48,185 nt of DNA from Candidatus Nanosyncoccus sp. (GTDB lineage Bacteria; Patescibacteriota; Saccharimonadia; Saccharimonadales; Saccharimonadaceae), in contig JAZTZQ010000028.1 in assembly GCA_045637565.1 (NCBI GenBank), positions 1 to 48,185 of the forward strand. The letters run 5' to 3'. The position numbers were made by a program, and so were the translations under genes. Positions 27,808-36,151 of this stretch are shown here, piece by piece (the stretch's first letter is position 1; every line of letters begins with the position of its first letter). The notes under the pieces were generated by a model that did no database searches, was not told where the DNA came from, and was given only the letters and a program-made list of their open reading frames with translations.

Positions 27808-28653
27808 TCACTTACTCCGCATCTTCTGGAAAGCTGCTTCCAGTTCCGCGTTGTCACAGATTGCTTCAATCTTAGAATCGGCATGTTCAACAATCATCAG
27901 TAACTTTGCGAGCGTCGTGATGTCCTTAAGTCGCAGTTCCTGACAGTCATCCTTAACCAGAAGAACCTCTTTAGTGGATTCCCAGCCGGAGTCATCAAGA
28001 TCGATTTCACAACCATCAATGGGCGAAATCTCACCCGAAGCGTATACGCAAAGCGTTACTACGGAAAGCTCCTCGATCTGACTTCTCGTGTCGGACAATG
28101 CTGTCCTTTCTAAGGTCCATTCTGCAGTAATCTCGCTCATCCGAGCTTCAACTTCCGAGTTTCTCGAAAGAATCTCCTCGAACTCCTGATAGTGTGTCTG
28201 GAATTCAGTCATCAATTTGTCGATGTTATCGCTGAGCTTCCTCAAAGACATCTTCAAAGAACGGTGCTCAGCTGACAGCTCTTTATGCTCAGACTCTAAA
28301 GTCATCACACGCCTGCTCTGCTGATCTTCCAACTCAGCCAAATAAGCAAGCTCAACGGTCCTACGTTTCGACACTTTTTCAGGCGACTGCTCCTCAGCGA
28401 CGGGTTTGGTCGACTCTGCACTTTCATTGGCGTCCTCAACCTCAACCGGCTCTTTCCGTGCCTTTTTCTCATTGGCCGTAATCTGGACAAAGCAATTCTT
28501 AAGCTGTTTCTTGTTGTGTCCATAGAGTTGCTTTACTCTTTCTTGGAATTCGTCTAAGGAGCACTGATACTTGTTGCAGAAATCATCGCTTGTCATACCG
28601 TTTTTGATACCAACGGCAACGTTTTTAGCCTTCATTAATGTGATATTCATCAC
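27808..28653 (-). CDS. Hypothetical coiled-coil protein
   Basis: 281-aa ORF with E/K/L heptads; overlaps the upstream gene. Confidence 0.7.
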   Translation of the reverse strand: MMNITLMKAKNVAVGIKNGMTSDDFCNKYQCSLDEFQERVKQLYGHNKKQLKNCFVQITANEKKARKEPVEVEDANESAESTKPVAEEQSPEKVSKRRTVELAYLAELEDQQSRRVMTLESEHKELSAEHRSLKMSLRKLSDNIDKLMTEFQTHYQEFEEILSRNSEVEARMSEITAEWTLERTALSDTRSQIEELSVVTLCVYASGEISPIDGCEIDLDDSGWESTKEVLLVKDDCQELRLKDITTLAKLLMIVEHADSKIEAICDNAELEAAFQKMRSK

Positions 28654-29002
28654 CGAGCCCCCCCTTTGCTATTTCATACTTTTCGGCGTCATCGACTGCT
28701 AGTTGTACCATTTCTTTGAACTCACTCATAATTCCGAGCGCATTCTGAAACTTTTCTTCGAAAGCCTCAATATTAACCGGTTTGACCGGCTCCGAAATCC
28801 GCTCGTAAGGTAAAGGTTCAGAGTGTGGCTGAGTCAAAAGAGACTCCCTAGTTACTCCTGCCTTGTCGGCAATTTCTTGCAAAGCGTTATAGACGGTCCA
28901 AGGGGACAAATCGAACATCTTTGCAATTTCGAGATTGGATTTTCCCTCCTTGCGCAAAATCATGTAGTTCTGCATCATTTGTAAAGTGCGTTCATTTTTC
29001 AT
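28625..29002 (-). CDS. Helix-turn-helix protein
   Basis: GKSNLEIAKMFDLSPWTVYNAL; TTGACA-17-TACAAT promoter at 29048-29076. Confidence 0.75.
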   Translation of the reverse strand: MKNERTLQMMQNYMILRKEGKSNLEIAKMFDLSPWTVYNALQEIADKAGVTRESLLTQPHSEPLPYERISEPVKPVNIEAFEEKFQNALGIMSEFKEMVQLAVDDAEKYEIAKGGLGDEYHINEG

Positions 29003-29094
29003 CCTATTCTACCCCCTTTCACGGATAAAAAAAATCAACTATCAAGTATTGTACCACAAAACACCAAAAATGTCAAGCATAATCCGTGAATATA

Positions 29095-29529
29095 TCACTC
29101 ATGATGATACTTTCCACCACTCGCAATCTGAGATGCTCGGTATATCTGTTCCACTGTAATTATTCGTGCCATGATATGAGGAAACACTAGTTTTGAAAAA
29201 CTCCACACGAAATCCGCCCTTTCCCGCACGAATTCAGGGAACCCGTACGCCCCACCAATCAATATCACCACCTCCTGACCCGACATAAACACCTGTGATA
29301 ATAAGGAAGAATATTCACCTGATGATATATTTCGCCCTCGCTCATCGCAACAAATCACATATTCTCGCCCACGTTCAAACGGCCACTCTTCCAATCTCCG
29401 TACTAACTTTTCCTCATCATAAAACTCCCAATGTAAATCATACGGCTTCCTCAGCCTCTTCTCATATTCACTAATCGCTTCCAGCGCCCACCCCGCATTT
29501 TTCTTCCCCCCACACACAATCCTTATCAT
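29095..29529 (-). CDS. rlmH: 23S rRNA pseudouridine-1915 N3-methyltransferase
   Basis: EYEKRL, DERG, IGGAYG, SFSKLVFPH..AR...EQIYRA...YHH. Confidence 0.93.
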   Translation of the reverse strand: MIRIVCGGKKNAGWALEAISEYEKRLRKPYDLHWEFYDEEKLVRRLEEWPFERGREYVICCDERGRNISSGEYSSLLSQVFMSGQEVVILIGGAYGFPEFVRERADFVWSFSKLVFPHIMARIITVEQIYRASQIASGGKYHHE

Positions 29530-29554
29530 ATGATTATTATAACATTTTGTATTA

Positions 29555-29691
29555 CTAGACTATAGGAATCTGAATACTATTTCTGAGACAATATCCCGAG
29601 AAATTGTAAAAAAGTCAATGGCCTTTAGACCTTTACTTTTTTCAATTTCGAGGCCGTCTCAGAAATGGTATTCAGATTCTAGATAGTCTAG
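29555..29691 (+). repeat. Long hairpin element, intergenic family copy B
   Basis: Arms ctagactataggaatctgaatactatttctgagac / gtctcagaaatggtattcagattctagatagtctag; core shared with 39-152. Confidence 0.88.
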
Positions 29692-30647
29692 AAATTCGCA
29701 AAATACTGAGACCAATGCGTCTTATATTGTGTACCAGCATCAAAATGATATCCCACCGACAACTTCGTAAAACTCGGATTCAGGATATTCGCTCGGTGTG
29801 CCTCCGAATTCATCCACGCCGCCACTGTCGTCTCTGGCGACACCGCCGATGATCCCACCACCAAATTCTCACCCTCAACATAAGTAGCATTCTTATCAGG
29901 CGCATCACATGCTGTATCCCATGATGATCCATCTGGTCTTGTATGAGAATAGCTGGCCACTAGTTCACGTGCCCGCAAATCCGCTGCATCCGCACAAGTA
30001 TCACCCCAAGTTAGCTTCTCTAGTCCATTCCGCACTCTCTCCTGATTTACCAATGATAGCACCTCGTATTCCCAACGCAGTTTTGGAGACTCTACCACCG
30101 TCACCACAATCGAATCTCGACGCGTTCCATCATAAGTGCCAGCCGTAATCGTTGTAGTTCCCGTGCCGGCTACAAGAGGGAATCGGCACGTATCCGACGA
30201 ATACCCCAGCCAAGTCCGCGCCCCTGTGTAGAAGCCCGAAATCACCTCCGGATTACTCGTCTGCCAATACATTTCGCCAAGGTCCGACAAATCTCCTCCT
30301 ACACAAAGATCAAAATTTGCCGTCTCAAACATTGAAATCGCCTCCTCACCCCAGAGTTCTCCATCCGGCACCGGCGTCGAGTCCACTCCCGTCACGGTGT
30401 GTACCGAAGTTACGTAGGACTTCTGCGCATCCGTCAGGGAAGAACTAGTATTACTTTCTGCATCAATCAGCTCAGGAGTCTCAATCGCATCCTCGACATC
30501 ATCACTCCACTCACCTACTACTTTGAAATCCATCCCGCCGTTCAGCAGAATCGCTCCCGCAATCAACACTCCAGCAATCAAAATCGCCGCCGCATTTAGC
30601 GAGAGCAGAATCGTCATCTTAGTTTGTTTAAGACCTGCGGCTACCAT
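29688..30647 (-). CDS. Membrane-anchored CAP/SCP domain protein
   Basis: LVNQER, SHTRPDG, GENL, WMNSEAHRANIL, HWSQYF. Confidence 0.88.
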   Translation of the reverse strand: MVAAGLKQTKMTILLSLNAAAILIAGVLIAGAILLNGGMDFKVVGEWSDDVEDAIETPELIDAESNTSSSLTDAQKSYVTSVHTVTGVDSTPVPDGELWGEEAISMFETANFDLCVGGDLSDLGEMYWQTSNPEVISGFYTGARTWLGYSSDTCRFPLVAGTGTTTITAGTYDGTRRDSIVVTVVESPKLRWEYEVLSLVNQERVRNGLEKLTWGDTCADAADLRARELVASYSHTRPDGSSWDTACDAPDKNATYVEGENLVVGSSAVSPETTVAAWMNSEAHRANILNPSFTKLSVGYHFDAGTQYKTHWSQYFANF

Positions 30648-31968
30648 TCTCGACCACTACCGCCATTAAGTTTACAATCATCTCGATTTCGGTCAAATCC
30701 TGACGTGTCAAACTCGTTCTCGATATCGGTTTTCCGATAATCATCTGCCCAATCACGTCGCCCTTAGCATTGGTCAGCACGCCAATCCGCGAAATCTCCG
30801 CCTCTGACACGCCGCTTATTTTTGGCACTTCCTGCCAAACTCCTCGTTCCGGTTTCTTTAATTTCTCAATCTCTTCCAGTGAAGCCGCTGTCATCCGAAA
30901 ATCATCGGAACCGTAGAAGCGTCCATTCACTAGGAACCCCACATCATTAAAATGCATGTGTTCGGCGAGAAACCCAGCCATCTCCTTAAGGTCAATCTGT
31001 CTCCGGTTCAATGCTGTAATCTTCTTCACAATATAAGCAATATTAATCTGTTTCGTCATAATCCACGACTTCGTCAGCGCAAAAATCTCCGAAATCGCTG
31101 GCGTCAGCAGTAGTACAATCGCAATCATGATAAAGTTCAGCAGTATCACCTGGAACGATGGGTTGGAAATCCTAAACAACGCCGAGAAAATCAAATGGAA
31201 TATCAAGAGGTACACAATCATCGCGCTTCCCATCACGACGATATAAGACATTATTCTGAGCCAATTTGCGTTCAGTGTAATCATCTTAAACCTCAGAATC
31301 GCGTAATAAAACCCAATAATCACGAGGCCAATCGTCAGTGGCCCTACCCATATCAAATCATATCGTGAAGGTGGCAAGATAATATCAAATACCAACGACA
31401 ACAGCCCCGCTATCGATAATCCAATCAAGAAGAATAGCAATCCTTTACGTGTCTTCCGACTCTTTTCATGTCTAATCTGATGAATCAAAAACCCACAAAA
31501 GGCTGGCGTAATCGTGCAGAAAAACAGCGCATAGGCCACATAGAATCCTCTATTAAAATCAATTGTAATCGAATTACCGGTACTCGTCAGATTAATTGAC
31601 GAATACAACATCGACGGATCGTACATAAACAGCGTAAACAATACAATCCCCGCAATTCCAAACAAGCACGTCACCGCCTTGCCCAGTTTATACTTCCAAG
31701 AGATGTACCCCAACATCGCCACATCCATCAAAATCGCTCCACCATAAATCCCGGCCACCAGATGTGGCGCATTCATTTGTTGTACTTCACCATTCTTAAG
31801 TGACAAAAACACCGAAATCGACATCCCCCAAATAGCCGCGCCCATTGCTGCTCCCAAAAACCACAGACTTCGTGTCCGCTCACCCTTCGGGCTGCCCAGC
31901 ACCAAGGCTAATGCCGCCATAATCGTCAGCACCGCAACGATTATTACCAAAATATTCAATAAATGCAC
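30628..31968 (-). CDS. Polytopic membrane protein, HisKA_7TM-like sensor without kinase domain
   Basis: About 9 hydrophobic helices, YYAILRFK motif, GAF-like tail, aggagg RBS with GTG start. Confidence 0.6.
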   Translation of the reverse strand: MHLLNILVIIVAVLTIMAALALVLGSPKGERTRSLWFLGAAMGAAIWGMSISVFLSLKNGEVQQMNAPHLVAGIYGGAILMDVAMLGYISWKYKLGKAVTCLFGIAGIVLFTLFMYDPSMLYSSINLTSTGNSITIDFNRGFYVAYALFFCTITPAFCGFLIHQIRHEKSRKTRKGLLFFLIGLSIAGLLSLVFDIILPPSRYDLIWVGPLTIGLVIIGFYYAILRFKMITLNANWLRIMSYIVVMGSAMIVYLLIFHLIFSALFRISNPSFQVILLNFIMIAIVLLLTPAISEIFALTKSWIMTKQINIAYIVKKITALNRRQIDLKEMAGFLAEHMHFNDVGFLVNGRFYGSDDFRMTAASLEEIEKLKKPERGVWQEVPKISGVSEAEISRIGVLTNAKGDVIGQMIIGKPISRTSLTRQDLTEIEMIVNLMAVVVENGSRRS

Positions 31969-32129
31969 GTTAAGTCACCTCCTTTTATAACACCATTATA
32001 CCACAAGCGCTCAAAAAACAAATCTTCCTTCCATCAACCAAACCTCGACTAATCTCATCGTCTACCCTACTAGCATTCATGAATCGAATTATCCTCACGG
32101 CAATCAAATCTCATTCAGTCACAATCATC

Positions 32130-32159
32130 AAAAAAGCCCACAAATCACTGTGGGCCTTT
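32130..32159 (-). terminator. Intrinsic terminator
   Basis: aaaaaa-gcccaca-aatcac-tgtgggc. Confidence 0.65.
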
Positions 32160-32170
32160 CGTGGGGGTGT

Positions 32171-33232
32171 TTATATTTTAGTGAATACAATCATCACCGA
32201 TAATGGTGATGCATTGTAGGTATCAAGAATGTATTCCGCCTGGAATTTCATTCCATCATTCCATAAGGCTTTTCGTAACGTCTCTACGATATCAATCGCT
32301 GCCGAAGCAGATTCTGGTAGCCCCATCTCCGGCCAGCCAAACACTTTTACGCTCCATTCATACGAAATGTGGTTCAGCTGCAGGTCGAAGAAGAAACTAC
32401 CACCTTTTCGCAGACAATTATAGACCGGCTTCACAATAGCCTCCTTGAATACGCCACCCGGATAATACGACGCTACACCCTGAAGAATTATCAAGCTTGC
32501 ATCGCGGCACTCTGGGTCCAGCAGTTCCTTCATGATATCGTTTTGCCGGTAAATCACGCCGACTTCGTCAAGCGACTTAGGCGTAAACAGCAAATCCGGC
32601 TGGATGCTCGCATCCTTGTCGCAAGCAACGATTCTCTGCATCTGCGGCTCAAATTTGAAGCCATGGTATCTCGCCCAAGCCATCCGGCCAGCGCCCAGAT
32701 CAATCACTTTCGATCCCTCAACCCCGAAAACGGCCTTATCCGAAGTGGCCAAATCTGCCACCCTGAACTGCCGTTCACGGTTAAATGCCAAAGTTGGCAG
32801 ATTGTAGACAAAGGGACTGATCTTGTCTGTTTCAGGAATGTCAGAAATCCATTCGCCGCTTAGATTCCTACCCGCATTATAAGACAACTCCAACGCCTCC
32901 GAAGGCGAAGTTGCTACACTTATCAACCAAGGGAAGAAAAAATCCGACTCCGCTCCACCATTGTCCAGAATAAACTGAGCCAACGCCTCGTTGTGTGAAA
33001 TCATCGGGTTCATAAACGCCCAGATTCTATCCATCTTCTCCGACGCTGCTCCTGGATGCGATTCGTAGAATACCCGTTTAACATCAGTAGTCAACTCCGG
33101 CAGAGTTGGTACCAACTTGTACTGCTTATCGCGAATTGCGATGTATTTAGCAAAAAACTCGTCTGGTATCCCAGTTCCCAAATTAATTGGATTAAAAATC
33201 TCTCTATTCATCAACATATCAAACACCTCCAT
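32171..33232 (-). CDS. Class I SAM-dependent methyltransferase-like protein
   Basis: VIDLGAG, VACD, GVASY, LRKGGSFFFD; start may be the second Met. Confidence 0.7.
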   Translation of the reverse strand: MEVFDMLMNREIFNPINLGTGIPDEFFAKYIAIRDKQYKLVPTLPELTTDVKRVFYESHPGAASEKMDRIWAFMNPMISHNEALAQFILDNGGAESDFFFPWLISVATSPSEALELSYNAGRNLSGEWISDIPETDKISPFVYNLPTLAFNRERQFRVADLATSDKAVFGVEGSKVIDLGAGRMAWARYHGFKFEPQMQRIVACDKDASIQPDLLFTPKSLDEVGVIYRQNDIMKELLDPECRDASLIILQGVASYYPGGVFKEAIVKPVYNCLRKGGSFFFDLQLNHISYEWSVKVFGWPEMGLPESASAAIDIVETLRKALWNDGMKFQAEYILDTYNASPLSVMIVFTKI

Positions 33233-33287
33233 TTTTAAGTTGCGCCCCCACTATATCTATTATTATACTATAATCTTACCAATTTGT

Positions 33288-34358
33288 CTATTTTTCAATA
33301 GAGATTCTCGGGTAAATATTTAGCGCGTATGCATCCGCCGGTTGCATATCAGCTTTTATTTCATAATAACACGCCGCTGCCACCATCGCCCCATTATCTC
33401 CCGACAGCTTCGAAACAGGGAAATACACTGGCAATTCTCGCCCCAGACTCTTCTCGGCAGCCTCCCTAAGTACCGTATTTGCACTCACCCCCCCTGCAAA
33501 TACCACCGATTCCACTTCCGGATACATTTTAAGTGCTTCCCTCAACCTCTCAATCAAAATCTCCACGGCGGTTTTCTGAAAAGAGGCTGCAAAATCATTA
33601 ATCTGCTGCTCAGATAACAATTCCTTTAATTCGTGAGAGGGATACGATATTGGTACTCCGACTTCCTTCTGCACCGCACGTAGTACCGCCGTCTTTAACC
33701 CCGAGAACGAAAAATCAAACCCCTCGACTTTTGGATGCGGCAACCGATATTTCTGTTCGTCCCCGCTAAGAGCTGCTTTTGCAATGGACGGTCCCCCCGG
33801 ATAGGGCAATCCCAGTATCTTCGCAACCTTATCAAAACACTCCCCCACCGCATCGTCCCTCGTCGTCCCAATTATCTCAAACTGATTATGTCCTCGCATG
33901 TATAGAATCTGCGTATGCCCACCCGATACCACCAGTGCCACAACAGGAAATATAGGTTGACGCGCCTCGAGAGGAGCAGATTTTGATTCGCTATTAAGCC
34001 AATTCGCATACACATGCGATTTCAAGTGATGCACGGCATACAACGGCTTATCATGCAGGACGGCGAGCGTCCTAGCGGTTAACGTCCCAATCAAAAGCGA
34101 CCCAAGCAACCCTGGCGCATATGTCACCGCAATCGCATCAATATCATTCCAAGAGCACGAAGCATCCGACAATGCCTTATCGATTACCGGCAATATCACC
34201 TCGAGATGTGATCTTGCAGCCACTTCTGGAATCACCCCTCCGTATTCAGCAAAAATATCGATTTGACTCACTACTACATTCGATAGAATCTTAACTCCGT
34301 CTTCTACTACAGCCGCAGCAGTTTCATCGCAACTTGTTTCTATCCCTAGTATTTTCAT
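33288..34358 (-). CDS. tsaD: tRNA threonylcarbamoyltransferase TsaD
   Basis: ILGIETSCDET, GGVIPEVAARSH, VSGGHT, DDAVGECFDK, SFSGLKT, GGVSAN, DNGAM. Confidence 0.96.
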   Translation of the reverse strand: MKILGIETSCDETAAAVVEDGVKILSNVVVSQIDIFAEYGGVIPEVAARSHLEVILPVIDKALSDASCSWNDIDAIAVTYAPGLLGSLLIGTLTARTLAVLHDKPLYAVHHLKSHVYANWLNSESKSAPLEARQPIFPVVALVVSGGHTQILYMRGHNQFEIIGTTRDDAVGECFDKVAKILGLPYPGGPSIAKAALSGDEQKYRLPHPKVEGFDFSFSGLKTAVLRAVQKEVGVPISYPSHELKELLSEQQINDFAASFQKTAVEILIERLREALKMYPEVESVVFAGGVSANTVLREAAEKSLGRELPVYFPVSKLSGDNGAMVAAACYYEIKADMQPADAYALNIYPRISIEK

Positions 34359-34396
34359 TTTCCTATTATAGCATAACATGTTATAATAGTAGACAT

Positions 34397-35488
34397 ATGC
34401 ATATGCGAACTAAAACCGCGAAAATAATTCTTGCTATAATAGCTTTTTTATGTGTTTCAGCATGTTTTGTCGCTCCAACCTTTGCGGATGATATCATCGA
34501 AACCACCTTTTTTGGAAACCTCAAAGACGACGGTGAAGGCTGTGGCATTTTTACAGTTTTAGATTTAGTCCTCCAAATCCTTGCGGGCGGCGTCGGTATC
34601 GCAGCTGTTATTGGCATTTCGATTTCGGGAGTTATGTATCTTACGGCCAAAGACAACGAGGCTCAAGTCACCAAGGCCAAGAGCCGTATCTTCAATATCG
34701 TTATTGGCGTTGTTGCCTTTGTGATTATCTACGCAGGGCTAGTTTTTCTTCTCCCTAACTTTAATCCAAACCTAGCGGGTTGTTCCAAGGTATCAAATAG
34801 CGAACTCGCTGAGTATCAAGCTCAGAAGGAAGCCGAGCGCAAAGAAGCCGCCAACAAAAACAATCCCTCTTCCAACTCCAATTCCGGCTCCGGCAACTCC
34901 GGCAACTCCGGGAATTCCGGCTCCGGCAACTCCAACTCCGGCTCTGGCTCCGGTTCTGGTAGCACCAAACGCACCAAAAAGGAACGCAATAAAGAAATCC
35001 GCCAAAAAATTGCCGGTATAGCTTATAAACTAGCGAAAAATGGAAATGGCAATTCTCCGACGAAGGCCTTTAGTGAAGCTTTCAAACGGACTGGCGTTGG
35101 TGCATATGAGAGCGGTAATGATGATTGGTGTCACCGAATAGGGAGATCCTGTGGGACGTTCGCTTCGACAGTATTGGTCGATGCGGGCGCACTAAGCATC
35201 AATAAAGTTAGCAGAAGCGACCTTGTTTTTGCCTACAAGTTCCAAGCATATTTCGCAAATTCCAAGAAATGGAAGAATGTCACACGTCAACGCAGGGAAC
35301 CAGGCGACGTGGGCCTTGCAAAATATACCAACGACTGGCATATTTTTATATTTATTAACAAAAAATGGATTGCCGATGGTAATAATTGCAATTGCGATAA
35401 CGGGGAGCAAACCTGTGGATGGTTCGGTAAGATGAGAAGAGCCAATACTCAATTTGTTACCGAAGTATACCGTTATGTCGGTGGATAA
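34397..35488 (+). CDS. VirB2/TrbC-like CPR pilin domain fused via S/G/N linker to CHAP/NlpC-like amidase
   Basis: Signal peptide; SGVMYLTAKDNEAQVTKAKSRIFNIVIG; C-terminal SCGTFASTVL, PGDV, HIFIF. Confidence 0.65.
   Translation: MHMRTKTAKIILAIIAFLCVSACFVAPTFADDIIETTFFGNLKDDGEGCGIFTVLDLVLQILAGGVGIAAVIGISISGVMYLTAKDNEAQVTKAKSRIFNIVIGVVAFVIIYAGLVFLLPNFNPNLAGCSKVSNSELAEYQAQKEAERKEAANKNNPSSNSNSGSGNSGNSGNSGSGNSNSGSGSGSGSTKRTKKERNKEIRQKIAGIAYKLAKNGNGNSPTKAFSEAFKRTGVGAYESGNDDWCHRIGRSCGTFASTVLVDAGALSINKVSRSDLVFAYKFQAYFANSKKWKNVTRQRREPGDVGLAKYTNDWHIFIFINKKWIADGNNCNCDNGEQTCGWFGKMRRANTQFVTEVYRYVGG
34871..34960 (+). repeat. Low-complexity tandem repeat (aactccggc-like) encoding a Ser/Gly/Asn linker
   Basis: Repeated tcc/ggc/aac units. 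Confidence 0.8.
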
Positions 35489-35545
35489 TATGTAAACTAC
35501 ACTTTATTTGTTTAATAAATTTCAAAACTATGTTACAATATACTT

Positions 35546-36076
35546 ATGAATAACAATGAATTTACAGAACAGTTTAAACAAAACATAAAAGCCCCTGCCG
35601 TGCCCCCCACTAGCACAACTCAGCAATCCAACAAGTTATATCTAACAGCAATCATTGCTCTCTCAGCGGTTTTAATATTTGAATCGATCGCACTAATTAT
35701 CATTACCATAAACTACTTTAGTTCTGTAAACGAATATGATGATGTGGTCGAAGACTATTCAATAACAGTCGAAGGAAGTAATCCAGGTGAACTCTTTTTC
35801 TACGACAACGACGATAACCTCGTTTCCGTCAATACCAACTGCACAAATAATGAAACAGGCAATTATATCGTTCTCAGTAGCGACAAAAGTATCAAAGAAT
35901 ACGACTCCACCAATTCACTATCTAATTCCGACACCTACACAATTATAAATGACACCATTATTTCACTGTCTAACGACACCGACCGTGTCCTCTATTTTGA
36001 CGACGACACTTTATATGATGGTCTCGTCATCTACGACTGCACCTACGACAGAAGCTCAACCACAGAAGAAGAATAA
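35546..36076 (+). CDS. Hypothetical single-TM acidic protein
   Basis: One TM; promoter tgttacaat just upstream. Confidence 0.7.
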   Translation: MNNNEFTEQFKQNIKAPAVPPTSTTQQSNKLYLTAIIALSAVLIFESIALIIITINYFSSVNEYDDVVEDYSITVEGSNPGELFFYDNDDNLVSVNTNCTNNETGNYIVLSSDKSIKEYDSTNSLSNSDTYTIINDTIISLSNDTDRVLYFDDDTLYDGLVIYDCTYDRSSTTEEE

Positions 36077-36151
36077 CTTGAATCCATACCACTACCACTC
36101 ACACTCGTCTGATTGATAAATTGCGCTTATCATGATATCATAATATTGTCT

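Noticed and set aside
33950-34000. Short extra loop in tsaD (SESKSAPLEARQ) as a decayed element
   Set aside because: This position is naturally variable in TsaD; no AACG hairpins or long arms.
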